Assembly (NCBI RefSeq): GCF_009834535.1
Contig: NC_045717.1
Coordinates: forward strand, 23,560,001-23,624,000
Length of the DNA: 64,000 bases
Direction of reading: 5' to 3'
DNA from: Camelus ferus
Taxonomy: Eukaryota
Shown here piece by piece: positions 12,016-26,669 of the stretch (its first letter is position 1; each line of letters opens with the position of its first letter). Below the pieces are notes generated by a model. The model was not told where the DNA came from, searched no databases, and saw nothing but the letters and a program-made list of their open reading frames with translations. The position numbers and the translations under genes were made by a program.

Positions 12016-12903
12016 CTAGAGAGAGAGAGTCATAAAACCTTCATCAAATCAGTAGTAATAATTACCTGGCAAAAACCATTTCCTAACGTGCAACACTGAA
12101 AATGTAAATGTAAAAAAAAAAAAAGAAAATGTAAAAGTGAAATCTAAATTAGGCAGGTGGGTTACATCTAATTTTCCTGTTTTGATGTCATCCCTTGGTC
12201 ATGTCAGAGGTCACCAATGGGGGAAGCTGGGTGAGGGGACCTGGGACATCTCTGCACTGTTTTGCAGCATGCTGTGAATCTATAATTATGTCAAAATTAA
12301 AAGTTTAGAGAGATTCCCAGGATAATTATACACGTCACATCTCATTCTTGTCTCTGTTATGTATTTCCAGGTTATTTGTTATTTGAAAGAGAGGCCAGAG
12401 GACAAAAATCATAAAGCTCGCGTTAGAAACCAGTCACTTGATTTAGAAATGCTGACACCACTTCTGAAATAACGCAACATCAATAGGAAACACATTTGAG
12501 ATGACAAAATAGTTTTTTCTTCTTGTATTTATAGGCACACGTGGGGTAAAAGGAAATTTTCTCCTACACTACGTCATGTAAACAAAGTAAGGGTTTGCTT
12601 TCTCTGTCCCTCTGCATTTAAAACCTTCTATCAGATAGAACGCTAGATAAAAACTCAGGTGAACTGAGTCCTAAACCCAGAGCCCTCTCCTGGCTTTGCT
12701 GAGGTTCTGTGGTCTCTCTCGACCAGTTTTTTAGTGACATGGGAAAGATTATCGCCTACTTCAAAAGGCAATGGTAAGGATTAGATTAAGTCATGGTCTA
12801 TGCCTGCCACAACACTGACACCCAAGCAAGACTAGAAAAGGTTCCTTGTTATCCAGCAATTAGATGAAAGTGAAGCGTGAATGTTAAATATGGACCCACA
12901 TAC

Positions 12904-12958
12904 CCCTTGAATTTTCTGTCCATCGTGAAATATCTTTCCTGTCCTCACCGTCTGCATG
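12904..12958 (-). CDS. CATSPERD: CATSPERD exon 2
   Basis: 55 nt, (R)MQTVRTGKIFHDGQKIQG; ctctag acceptor, gtatgt donor; phase fits exon 1. Confidence 0.88.
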
Positions 12959-13229
12959 CTAGAGGTAAGAGACGAGAAAACACCTGTCAATGTTTGTTGA
13001 GTATTCCGCAGGACTCCTGCCGGGTTGTGTCTGGGTTAACAGTGCAGCATGTTCTTGAAGCTTCTAGACTTACGGGAGCCCCCGGAAAATCTGATGAAAA
13101 CGTGGTCCCTCCTTTCCTGAAACAAACTTATTTATATGCAGAAATGGACATATTCCCGAGAGCTCTTTAAGGCTCACTTGCAGACCCCAGTTTAGGAAGA
13201 TTTTCTTTTTTCTTTTCTTTTTTCCCAAT

Positions 13230-13400
13230 CTTGGTTCTCAGTCTTGGATGTGTGCCAACCCTGGGGGCTTGGTAAACTGTAGATCACTGAGCCCCACTTC
13301 TGAGCCTCTGATTCAGTAGATCCAGGGAACTGCAGTTCTAACAAATTCCCGAGTGATGCTGATGTGGCTGGCCCAGGGCCATGCTTTGAGAACCAGTGTG
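13230..13400. mobile_element. MER5-like hAT fragment
   Basis: ttggttctcagtc...ctgattcagtagatccagg...gtgatgctgatgtggctggcccagggccatgctttgagaacca. Confidence 0.55.
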
Positions 13401-14105
13401 GGCAAAGGGGAGAATTGGATGTAACCAGTCTTTTCAGATTTTAGGACATATCCTGACAGTAAATCTCACTGGAAAACCCTACTCCTGACTTCCCTGTTAA
13501 AGGCGAGTGTGTCTTTAATTTCGTTGAGTCTGTTTTCACATTCAACAAGTAAGGTTAAGGAACCACTACACCATGAACCTTGTCCTTAAGATCAAACGAG
13601 GCACACCAGAAGCACACATTAGCTATTTCATCGGCAAACAGGACCCTGCTCACTCCAGGCAGGACTTCCCTGAGGGCAGGACCTGGGCTTTAGCATCTGC
13701 CCAGCCCCCACAGCACCTCGTGTACACTCTTTACTAATCTAACACTTACTGAAATCTAAAAATTTTATGCGCAAGGAGTGAATAAGAGAAACACTCTATA
13801 CCCTCATGGAGAGACTATCCCAGTGACAGCAAGAGACAAGAAAACATTTGTGAAAAGAGTAATGGAAGTTAGTGATGATGGGGAAAAGCAGCTATGGGGA
13901 GGAGGGAGGCTTTAAATAAGGAAGTGTACTATTTCAGTCGGATCTGGGTGATGAGGAAGAAGTAGTGGGGAAAAGCTGGAAGCAAAGTGTTCCAGGAAGG
14001 AGTACCAAACGCCAAGTCTCCCCCCGTCCCCAAGGCTGGCCCGCGTTTGGCATATTCAAGGGACATGTGGCTGGAGCAGTGATTCAGGGGTGGGCAGGGG
14101 CCACA

Positions 14106-14300
14106 TCAGTGGTTGTCACATCCCGAGGGGACCCTTGGCAATACCTAGAGACATGTGATTGATGGGCAGGGCTGCGGAAGGAGGTACTACTGGCATCTAG
14201 TGGGTGGAGGCCAGGGATACTGCTCCACACTCGATAATATGCATGATGGCTCCACCCCAGAATGATCTGGCCCCAAATGTCAGCAGCGCTAATGACGAAC
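14106..14300. mobile_element. MER20 copy
   Basis: cagtggttgtcac...actactggcatctagtgggtggaggccagggatactgct...ccccaaatgtcagcag. Confidence 0.7.
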
Positions 14301-14721
14301 CGTGGGCCAGATCATTCGAGGAAATGGAAGGCTGCGCAACGTAACTGGGTTTTATTCTGAATGCCACAGAGAACCAGGGGAGGGGAATGACGAGGTCACA
14401 CTCGTCTATAAACAATCCCTCCGGCCAGGATCAACAGGAGGGCACGGACTAGCGTGGTGGAGGTGGCCTGAAAGGGTCGGAATCGGACCAAAGTTTTTAA
14501 ATGGTGATGAGAGGACTTGGTGATGTGCTGCAGGGGTCGGGGGGAAGGTGAGAGAAAGGGCGGGTATCAAGTTCGCTTCCTAGAGGAGTAAACTTGGAAA
14601 CCTCAAATAAGATTGCGGGGCGGGACGTCTTTCCTGCATCCCACCCAAGCCTCCGCTCAGGGATGAGCCCGCCCGCTCCCCAAACCCTGGGGGCACCCTA
14701 GCCAAGGGAAAACGGCCCCAC

Positions 14722-14795
14722 CGGCACAGCGGCTGAGCTCTGGCCAGCGGGCAGAGCCGCAAGGTAGTCGCCACCACCATCACGAACACTAGCAT
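14722..14795 (-). CDS. CATSPERD: CatSper channel auxiliary subunit delta, exon 1 (signal peptide)
   Basis: MLVFVMVVATTLRLCPLARAQPLC(R); hydrophobic signal peptide resembling the human N-terminus; donor CG|GTGGGG; head-to-head with LONP1 as in human. Confidence 0.9.
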
Positions 14796-15409
14796 CTCGC
14801 TCTGGCCGCCGCCGCCTACCCACAGCCTCTCAACTGCTGTTGCGAGGCCCTTCACAGTCTGGGCATGCGCAAACTGGAGCCTGCGTCTACGCACGTCCGC
14901 CACGGAGCCTGGGCATGCGCATCTCGTTCCCCGCGAAGCCCGAATCCGTCCAGCTCAACAGGCCCCTCCATCGCCTGGGCATGCGCAGACGATCGCCCGT
15001 GGGCTGTCTAGTTTGAGCATGCACTTAGCATCTCCCAGGAAGCCCGAATCCGCCAACCAGAGCTTGAGGATGCGCACGCCACCCAAGTGCTTGGACCGGT
15101 ATGCCCACATGTTCCCAAAGCTGCGCTTGCAGCCGCAGCTCCTCTCTTTCTAGGGACCGTCGTGCGTGCCCACAGCCTTCCAGGCGCGCTAGCTAGGAGG
15201 CCGGAATAGATGGACGGGACAAAGAAGCTCAAACGCTTTGTTCTTCTCCGTGTAGGCCCCGCCTCCACTCTTCCAAGTCCCGCCCCCGCAGCTGTCCGTT
15301 CCGGGCCACGCCCCCCGCGGGCACCTAGGCACGCGCCCTCTGTCACGTGCGCCCCAGCCTGGCCCGCGGAAGTGACGCAAGTCCCGCGCGCCGCCAGGAT
15401 GGCCGGGCC
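14796..15409. promoter_or_regulatory. Bidirectional CpG-island promoter, CATSPERD/LONP1
   Basis: 614 bp between divergent ATGs; CpG-rich; five GCATGCGCA-type (NRF1-like) motifs; ETS-CRE composite CGGAAGTGACGC at 15367-15378. Confidence 0.85.
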
Positions 15410-15841
15410 ATGGCGGCGGGCGCAGGGTATGTGCGGCTGTGGGGAGCTGCGAGGTGTTGGGCGCTTCGGCGGCCGCTGCTGGCCGTCACGGGGGGGCGGG
15501 TCCCCCCTGTGGCCCGAGCGTGGTTGCCCAGAGGCCGGCGGGCCTGCGACGCCTCGCCTCCCTGGGCGCTGTGGGGCCAAGGCCCCGCAGCCGCGGGCCA
15601 CTGGCGGGGACTTTGGGAGGCGAACAACCGCGGCGGCGGCGGCTCATTCTCCGGCGGCGAGGATGCCTCCGAGGGCGGCGCGGAGGATGGGACCTCGGGC
15701 GTGGGGGGCAGCGCGGGCGGCGGGGAAGGCCCGGTCATTACGGCGCTGACACCCATGATGATCCCGGACGTGTTCCCGCACCTGCCACTCATCGCCGTTA
15801 CACGCAACCCAGTGTTCCCGCGCTTTATCAAGATTGTCGAG
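15410..15841 (+). CDS. LONP1: Mitochondrial Lon protease, exon 1 (presequence and start of N-domain)
   Basis: gccATGG start; [12 protein letters not shown]...[26 protein letters not shown]; donor GAG|GTAACG; the 18 exons sum to 2880 nt = 959 aa + stop. Confidence 0.97.
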
Positions 15842-17461
15842 GTAACGAGAGCCCCTGCCTTGGCCTCCGTTTCCCCGCGCCTGCAAGTAGCGGGTTGGAC
15901 TGAGGGATCGCTTAGCACTCTTGCCTCACAGCTTTTTCCAGGCACGAAGCTTCTCAAAGGCTGGAGTTCGAGTCCTAGTCTTCTTACCATTAGTTTGGTC
16001 AGGAGACTCAGGAGGAAGGTGGCAGAAGGATGTTCTCAGGGGGTTATTCATTCAGCAGAGTGTTCTGAACTTGCTACCATGTAGCAGGCTGAGGATTCAT
16101 CAGGGAACAAGACAGACACAGGCCCTCTGCCTAAGGAATTTATGTTCTAGTGGAAGAGACTGAACAGGATCTTTTCAGGCTGAGCCACAGGATGGGAGGA
16201 GGGCGGGCAGAATAGACCAGGATGATGAAATAAAGAGAAAGCAGCAGGAGTGCTAGGAACTTGAGTTTTTAGAGTAAGAAGAACCCAAATTCCTGGCTGC
16301 CTTCCCCACCCTGTCTTTGTCTCTCTTTCTTAACGATGTGGAAACGAGTTCACGGAGGAGAGCAGTTATCTGTTAACTGTCTGAGCAAGGTCATACAATG
16401 AGTCAGCCTTGGCATTCACCCTCCAGCCTCCCCCCTTACATGGGATCCCTTGGAAAGGGAAAGGACAATGCAGAGGGACAACATTCAGCCAGTGAGGAGG
16501 AGACAGAAGGAGGCCACTCCAGTTCCCCTCTTGCTCTGCTAATTGTGCCTGTATTGGCTGCCCTTCCAAGGTCTTTCCCTGGTACTAAGTGGAGGTTACT
16601 TGTAGGCCCTAGGGCCACACCCTGTGGGTTCATATCCTGGCTCTTCCACCCCTAGCCATAGAACCTTGGGCAGGCTGTTGTGGGTCTCCATTGTTTCATC
16701 TGTGAAATGGGCATAATCATAGTCCCTCGTTGAAACTGTTATAGGAGGTAAATGAGGTCATGTGTAAAAGACTTAGAACTGCCTGGTGCTTAACATACTT
16801 TCACGGTAAGCTGCTGCTGTTTGCTACGTGGTGCGCTTTTGACACTTCAGAAATGTGCCCTTGGAGGTCTTTTCTCCATCCTTGACCCCCATCTCCAGTA
16901 GTCCTCTCTACCCTCCCAGGCCTCTGGGGCCAGGACTGTTCACCAGGTATGGCTCCCTCAGCCCTGCAATGTGCAGATGCCCCTGGTCCCCAGGGCTCTG
17001 GCAGAGATGGGAGTCTTCCGAGGGGTTCTGTCTGCCCACCCGGAGCTAGCCAGGAGGGTTCCGTGAGCCGCTGCGGGCAGTATGAGACTGGCAGGCGGTA
17101 TTCCTCGCTGTTACCTGGTGAATAAGGGAAAGGGCGCCTGCCGAAGAGAGGGGACAGGCGCTGAGATGCAGCGGCCAGCTGTTAGCAGGGGGAAACTGGG
17201 AACTTCCACGGGGCCCACTGAATGTTTCTGAAGCTGTTAGCAAAGCTCCAATTTCTCTTGATTTTTTTGTGGACACGGTATCTGGGTAACTTGCCCTAAA
17301 AGCTTCTCTCCTTATTAGTGGCCTCTGAGTAAAGACCAGTGACTCTTAACATAGAGTGGATCGTATACACTCTTGAAGGGTGTCACGGACCTTTATCCCG
17401 GAAAGAGTACGTTTATAGTGTCAGGAGTTCCCATACCACATGGTAATGGAGTGAGTTAAAA

Positions 17462-17650
17462 CACTGCTTCTCAGAGCATGATCCTGGACCAGCAGCAGCA
17501 GCAGCACCTGGGAGCTTGTTTGAAGTGCAGATTCTCAGGCCCACTCCAGCCTTCCTAAATAAGAAACTCCAGGGGTGGGGCCCAGCCATCAGTTTTAGGA
17601 AGTCCTCCAGGTAATTCAGAATCTTGCCAAAGTCTGAGGGCCATTCAGTT
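17462..17650. mobile_element. MER5A hAT element
   Basis: cactgcttctcagagcatgatcctggaccagcagcagcagcagcacctgggagcttg...tgcagattctcaggccc. Confidence 0.68.
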
Positions 17651-18283
17651 TAGTTGGGGTCTGGCTTGGGTCTTAGCACAGGCTTGAAGGAAATCATTTG
17701 AGCCCTAAGGATACCTGCGCTCCTCCCATCAGCTGTTTGCCGGGAAACATCATTAGCCCTCTGCCTGCCACTGACATGACAGGAGAATGTGCTGTGATCC
17801 TGGGGGCTTTGATGATCAACAAATAGGGTGTAGACGTGATTCAGGTATGCTTTCAGTGAAAACTGAGGGAGTTACCTGCCTGTGGGGTGTGTCACATTTG
17901 AATTATGCATATTTACTGTTGTCCTCCTAACAATAGAAGCAGGTGGCTTGGACTTTCAAGTCACGGCATTTCCCTGCAGAAACAGCTCTTGAAATTGGAT
18001 GTTAAGTCAATTTCTTGGTTCTGGCCGTTTGTCTACTTGGAGTTTTCTTTAGGAAGAGGGAAAAATTAAGGAATGCAGCTCGTAAACGTTACCCCCACTC
18101 CATTCTCCACATACCAGTCTTTTTTCTTTTTTTTTGGTTCTGGGTTTCCTGGAGCGCGTTGGTTAGTCCTGGATCAGATTAGCATATCTGCCTGAGAGTA
18201 ATAGGGAAAACGCTAGAGCTGCTGTCAAAATGTCGGCTAGAAAACCTGCCCTGCGTTTCACTTTGGGGTCATTGTCATGCTAG

Positions 18284-18373
<90 letters not shown>

Positions 18374-18967
18374 TAAGTGTAATTTTTCCTTCCCTCCTTT
18401 GTTGAAGGCGCCCTGCAGGGTGACTCACTGCCAGTGCTGCTCCGTAGAGTAGCCTGGGCCTCTGACCCTTGACTTGAAAGAAACCCAGTAAAACCTCCAG
18501 GGGGCAAGGCCAAGAGCTGAGTATCCCTTTGTAGTCTGGACTGAAGACTCAAGGGCCCTGTGTATGGTCAGGATGGGGGGAGATTAGCCTTGAGATTAAC
18601 CTCAGTGTTGGGCCAGGGTGGGGCTGCTTCAGAGCAGAGCTAGGCGGGCAGGTGTGGAGGCTTTGGGTACATCCACCTCCACCCCAGGTAGGAGTTAGTT
18701 CCACTTGCAAGTTTGAAGGTGCGTCTTAGGCCCCGTCAGAGGAGGTATGGAAGGGAATCCAGATCCCACCCGGGCTCTGCCCTCGGGGCCAGCTTAACCC
18801 AGAGTGTCTGGCCCACCTGTGTGGGGACCACCAGGCACCTCTGCTCCAGAGCACCTGTGGGAGTGAGTGAGTGTGGAAGTCAAGGCTGGGAGGGGTGTTT
18901 CTCTTCTCTCCCTCTTATTACAAGTGAGTCGGCCCCGTGCCCACTTCCTTTGTGTCCCCACCCTCAG

Positions 18968-19087
18968 CGACGAGTCCGACGTGGTCGAGAGCCTGGATGA
19001 GATCTACCACATGGGGACGTTTGTCCAGATCCATGAGATGCAGGACCTTGGGGACAAGCTGCGCATGATTGTCATGGGACACAGAAG
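18968..19087 (+). CDS. LONP1: LONP1 exon 3
   Basis: 120 nt, [39 protein letters not shown]; AG/GT. Confidence 0.97.
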
Positions 19088-20755
19088 GTGCGGGAGCCCG
19101 AGGGTGCGGGGCGGGGCAGGGCCAGGAGAGCAATGCCCCAGGTGCCACCAGCCGCCCTTTTCCTCACTGCAGCGAGCAGGCCAGAGCTGGAGGCGGATCC
19201 CGCTTCTCAGAGCCCGAGTCAAAGTGGCAGTTGGGATCAGTGAGGAGCCAATTCTGATGCTCCAAAAAGCACCACAAAACAAAACAGCAAGTTGCCTCAT
19301 AGCCCATGTCTAGGTGTCAGGCAGGCCTTCCCCCAGGTGCCTGCATCTGTGTCTCCATTCAGCCTAGCAATTGGCGGTTTGTCGCTTAGCCAGACACATT
19401 TCCTCGCGGGTCGTGCTAGTTTCTGCCTCCGTTCTGCCGAAGGGCTACATACAACGTTTGTAAGCCTGGTCCAACCCCTGTACTGCTGCTATTCATTAAG
19501 AAAAATATGACATCAACTGGGTTGAAGCTAGAAGAAATGAACCAGCTTTTCACGTGTGTTCCGAGGAACAGTGGCCTCCCAAGACACTTGTCAAAGCCGT
19601 CCTGTGATCACATACATGTGGGAATCGTCACATTTCAGAGTCACAAGCAGTAACGTAGTAAATATTCTGACAAGCCTCTTGTAGAAGATGCTCGCTGGCA
19701 TTTGCTGATTCTAGAGCCCTCCATCCTTTTTTCTGACAGCTTTTTTCTGTGTCAGCCGGCAGCCCCGCCTCCTACTAGGACACCTAGGGTGGGGGGTGGT
19801 CTATGAGGGCACTGGTTCTGTGGACCGTCCTGGTGGCGTTCCCACTGTACTGAGCCCCTGCGCCCATCCTCATCTGCTAGCAGTAGGATCTGTTTTAGAG
19901 AAGAGGCTGCTGCTTTGTCTCTTGGGAGGATTCATTGGTCAGAAGGAACAGAGTAAGTTGCAACCAAAATTCATACAGACAGTGGCAGCTACTCACTACT
20001 CTGCCATCCTGCGAGGTGCCTCAGAGTCCTGCTGACCCCTGAGGCCAGGTCGCCCCAGTGCTTTACCGAGTCCCCACCTCCTTTTCTCTATGCCTCTTGC
20101 CCCTGTCAGCCAAGCACTGAGCCCGGGTCCCAGTCAGTCTCAGGCCTGCTCTCTAAGGACAGTACTGTTATTAGTTATCCCTGTGAGGCAGAAGGGAGCC
20201 CACTTGTCCCCAAACACCTGGGGCCTGGTGTCTGCCAGGTGCTTGATTGTGATTGGAGGAGCAGGTGAGGGGCCCACCTTGGGGATCTGGCCCCCTGCAT
20301 GGGGAGAACGTGAGCATGGAAATAGGTCACAGGCTGCATTCTGATGGTGGCAGGTGCTTTGGAGGGGAAATTGAAGATGGACAAGCTGGGGGCTGTGTGC
20401 ACAGGCGGGGCTGGACTTCATTCACATGGAGTGGTCAGGGAAGGAGGTTCCTTTATTGCGAAGCTGAATGCCGTAAGGGAGCTTGAGGCCGAGGGAGGGG
20501 CAGACAGGGTCCCAGAACTCTTGATGGGCCCAGAGTGGCTGCCACGGGCTTCTTGGTTTGTGGAGGACGATGGGCGTTGGTGTGGGAAGTGGAATGGATG
20601 TCCCCAGGATGGGGGGGATGCTGGCCGTGGGTTCTGAGACGGCAGCTCCACTCCAGCCAGTGGCTGCAGGCGCCCTTTAGTCGGCAGCCCTGCGGAAGCC
20701 GCTGGCAGGACACCCTCCAGCCTCGATGGCTTCACCCCTTCCTTGTGGCCTTCAG

Positions 20756-20981
20756 GGTTCACATCAGCCGCCAGCTGGAGGTGGAGCCAGAGGATCCTGA
20801 GGGTGAGAACAAGCAGAAGCCCCACCGGAAGCCCAAGCGGAACAAGAAGGAGGCGGAGGAAGACGGGGGCACCAGGCAGCAGGTGGAGGTGGCGGTGGAG
20901 CCCGGCCCTGCCAGCGAGGTGCTCATGGTGGAGGTGGAGAACGTCGTCCATGAGGACTTCCAGGTCACTGAGGAGGTGAAG
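20756..20981 (+). CDS. LONP1: LONP1 exon 4
   Basis: 226 nt, [11 protein letters not shown]...[11 protein letters not shown]; AG/GT. Confidence 0.97.
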
Positions 20982-22299
20982 GTGAGTCTGGGGGCCCGGC
21001 GAGCGCCTTCCTCAGAAGTCCAGGCGGAGCTGGCGTCAGGGAGGTAAAGGGGCTGCGCCGGGGCCCCAGCTGCCAGGAGGGGGTCAGGGTTTGATGCCCG
21101 CGCCCCCTTCCTCTGGCCTGGCTCCTCCTCCCAGGCCCGGGGCTGAGGGGTGGACAGGGCACATTTACTGTGACTCGGGGCTTCAAGACAGGAAGGAAAC
21201 AGCCTTCTGGCCACCTGGGTCCCAAGCCTAGGCTGGCCTACCTTTGTAGCACAGCAAGCTCGCTGTCGAGGGGGCATCTGAGGAAAGGCAGAGCCATTGG
21301 AAGGCTCCTCACATGAGCATGCCCTTGGTGCCATGGTCTCCCCATGGGGAACACCCCCCAGACGTGACTGGCAGCTTTTGTCTGAGCCTGCAGTGCTGTG
21401 TTGAGGACTCTGGGGCAGGCTCTGAGCCTGGTGGGGAGGAGTGTGGCGATCCATTGGTGATGTCCGGTGCAGCCCAGGCAGGGGGCCTGGCCAGCAGTCA
21501 CAACCACGGGCCCCCAGGGCAGTGCCGTGCAGGAGAGCTCTGCATGGCTCTGGGTGTGCCCTGTGATTCTGCTCCCCCGGCCCCTGTGGCTGTTGAGCAC
21601 TTGATGTACAGCTGACGCAGCTGAGGAGCACAACGCCTGGCTGTGTTTCATCTTAACTCACGGGAATGCGAGTAGTGCTGGTGGCTGCCGCCCGGGGCAG
21701 CACAGCTTTAGAGTCACCCTTAAGGCTCTTGTTTGGGGGGATACAGGTGGCAGAACACATAGATGCTGTGGTGGCGGGGAGCCGGGCCGCTCGCGGTGTG
21801 CCTGTCCGTGTCCCTGCTCCTGCTGCAAAGGTCGTCCCAGGCAGTTCAGGGATGAACCCGGGAACCAGGTGATCACACTGAAGATCCCGGCAGTGGCGGC
21901 CATGTGCTTCCTGCCCATTGCTGCCCCGAGTGGAGCACGATGTGCCGGGAGCCGTGGCCTCTGGAAACCATGAGGTGTGGGATTTATGCCGCAGACTGCG
22001 CCCAATAATCCTGCCAGGAGTGTCGCCAGCCACACTGTTGTGGCAGTGAAGGCAGGAAGGGCAGCAGTCCCCATGGCATCCACACCGGCATTGGGGCTGC
22101 CTCGGAAGGGGGACTGGGGCGAGATTCAGGGGGTGCAGGCCAAGAGCCCTGGTGACCCACAGCTGAGGTGGGGAGGGGGGTGCCACTTGTGAGGACAGTG
22201 CTTAAAAGAAAGGAACAAAGCACCCCCTTCCCCTGCCCCCCAGATGGCTGTTCTGAGACGGGAGGTTCAGAGTGGTCTGCCAAGACAGGGGTGGTTTAG

Positions 22300-22956
<657 letters not shown>

Positions 22957-23042
22957 TAGCAGCCATGTCCAGAAGTGGGCTGGGTCAGAGCCGGCCCCAG
23001 GCCCTGCTTCCTCCATTGCTCCCCACACCCTCGCCCCTCTGA

Positions 23043-23264
<222 letters not shown>

Positions 23265-23418
23265 TGAGAGGGCCCTGGACTGTCCTCTGTGAGGGAGCCC
23301 CAGGGAGATGCTGGAAATAGGGGAGCCGGCCCTGGAAAGGTTAGAAGCTGTTTCCCAAGACTCAGCTGTGAGAGGACCGTCTTCCCATCTTTGGGCAAAC
23401 CGTGGTCCGCCCGGATAG

Positions 23419-24108
<690 letters not shown>

Positions 24109-25169
24109 TGAGTGTGGCCCCGGTGTGAGGGGGTCCTCTCCCATCACCCCCATTTCACAGCTGAGCAAGTCGAGGCTTGGAGATGGTAAGTCTGTGACCA
24201 GGATCCCTGGACCAGTAGATGGGAACAGGGATATGGACTCAGGGACGTCTGGCTCCAAGCCAGAAGTGGGAGTCCCTGGAGCTGCTGCCCCAAGGCCAGC
24301 CCCTCCTTCGGCTTCTGTACCCTGGTCTCCCTCTGGCAGCTTTGAGAGTCAGCCAGCTATTGTCCTTCTTCCTGGTGGCCTGGCCTTGCCAGCTGCTCAT
24401 GGCCTTCTGCACACTGGCTGGAAGTTGGTGGCGGCCCTGGGGTCAGGGCCCTGGGGGATGTTTTTGGCTATGGGACCAGGTGCTGCTCTCGGCAGCTCAT
24501 GGGCTGGCCAGGGCTTGGGACGGCTCCTCAGGGGAAGACTTGAGTGGGCCTGCAGCCCCAGACCCTGAGTTCCCCCTGGGCTGCTGGACCAGGCCCCTCT
24601 CGGGCTCAGGACGTCTGGGGAGGGCTGTCTCTTTCTGCATGGACCCTGGAGAGGCTGGCTCCCCCAGGCAGTGTGGGCCTCTCTTCCAGAGATGCCCCAG
24701 CTTCTCTTTGTTGCTCAGCGAGTGAGCTTCCCAGGCTGGTGTCACAGGTGACCACAGACTTAGCGCCTTAAAACAACGTGGACCTGCCTTCCGGTCCGGA
24801 GGCCAAAGCCCTAACGTCCAGGTGTCGTGGGCAGGACTGGCTCCTCCTGGAGGCACTGGAGGTTTCCTCCCTCTTCCAACTCCCAGGAAACATTCCTCAG
24901 CTCACGGCCCTTCCTCCACTTCAGGGTGCTTCACTCCAGCCTCGGCCTCTGTCGTTTGTCTCCTCTGATCCTGACCTCCTTACGGGGATCCGCTTCTGTC
25001 CCTGGGTGCTCGGTGCCTAGTCTGGAGCTCACGCTCCTGGTCTCAGTTTGCCCACTTGCCCCGATCAGGTTGTCTCCCCGTCCTTACCCCTGGCCCCCCC
25101 AGTGCTGTCGGACCCTGAGTAGTCCCCACGGGCGCTGAGTCTCTGGGAAACAGGTCTAGCATTGGTGCC

Positions 25170-25933
<764 letters not shown>

Positions 25934-26252
25934 TGAGGGGGTGCCTCAGGGGACCCAGGATTGCCCCATGCTTGTGGGAGACCCAGAGAAGCCCCCTGGT
26001 GAATCTGCGGGCAAGGGAGGGGCTTGGCCAAGGCCGGGTTGGTGTGGGGGGTCAGCAGGGGCTGAGGAGGGGGATGGGTGGAGGGACCAGTGCTGGAGTG
26101 GCTCAGATGTCAGGGCTTCCCGTGTGAGGGGGATAAAAATTATGCTTGTGATAGGAGGAAACGAGGGCCGGGCGACTGGCTGAGGGCAGGTGGGGGGTGG
26201 GCTTTTGGAGAGAGAGGATGCTGTTGTCCAGGTGTAGGGAGTTACTGGATGA

Positions 26253-26669
<417 letters not shown>

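Noticed and set aside
14580-14903. N-terminally extended CATSPERD (track ORF beginning MADVRR)
   Set aside because: The start is GTG, not ATG; the ATG at 14795 gives a proper signal peptide matching the orthologue
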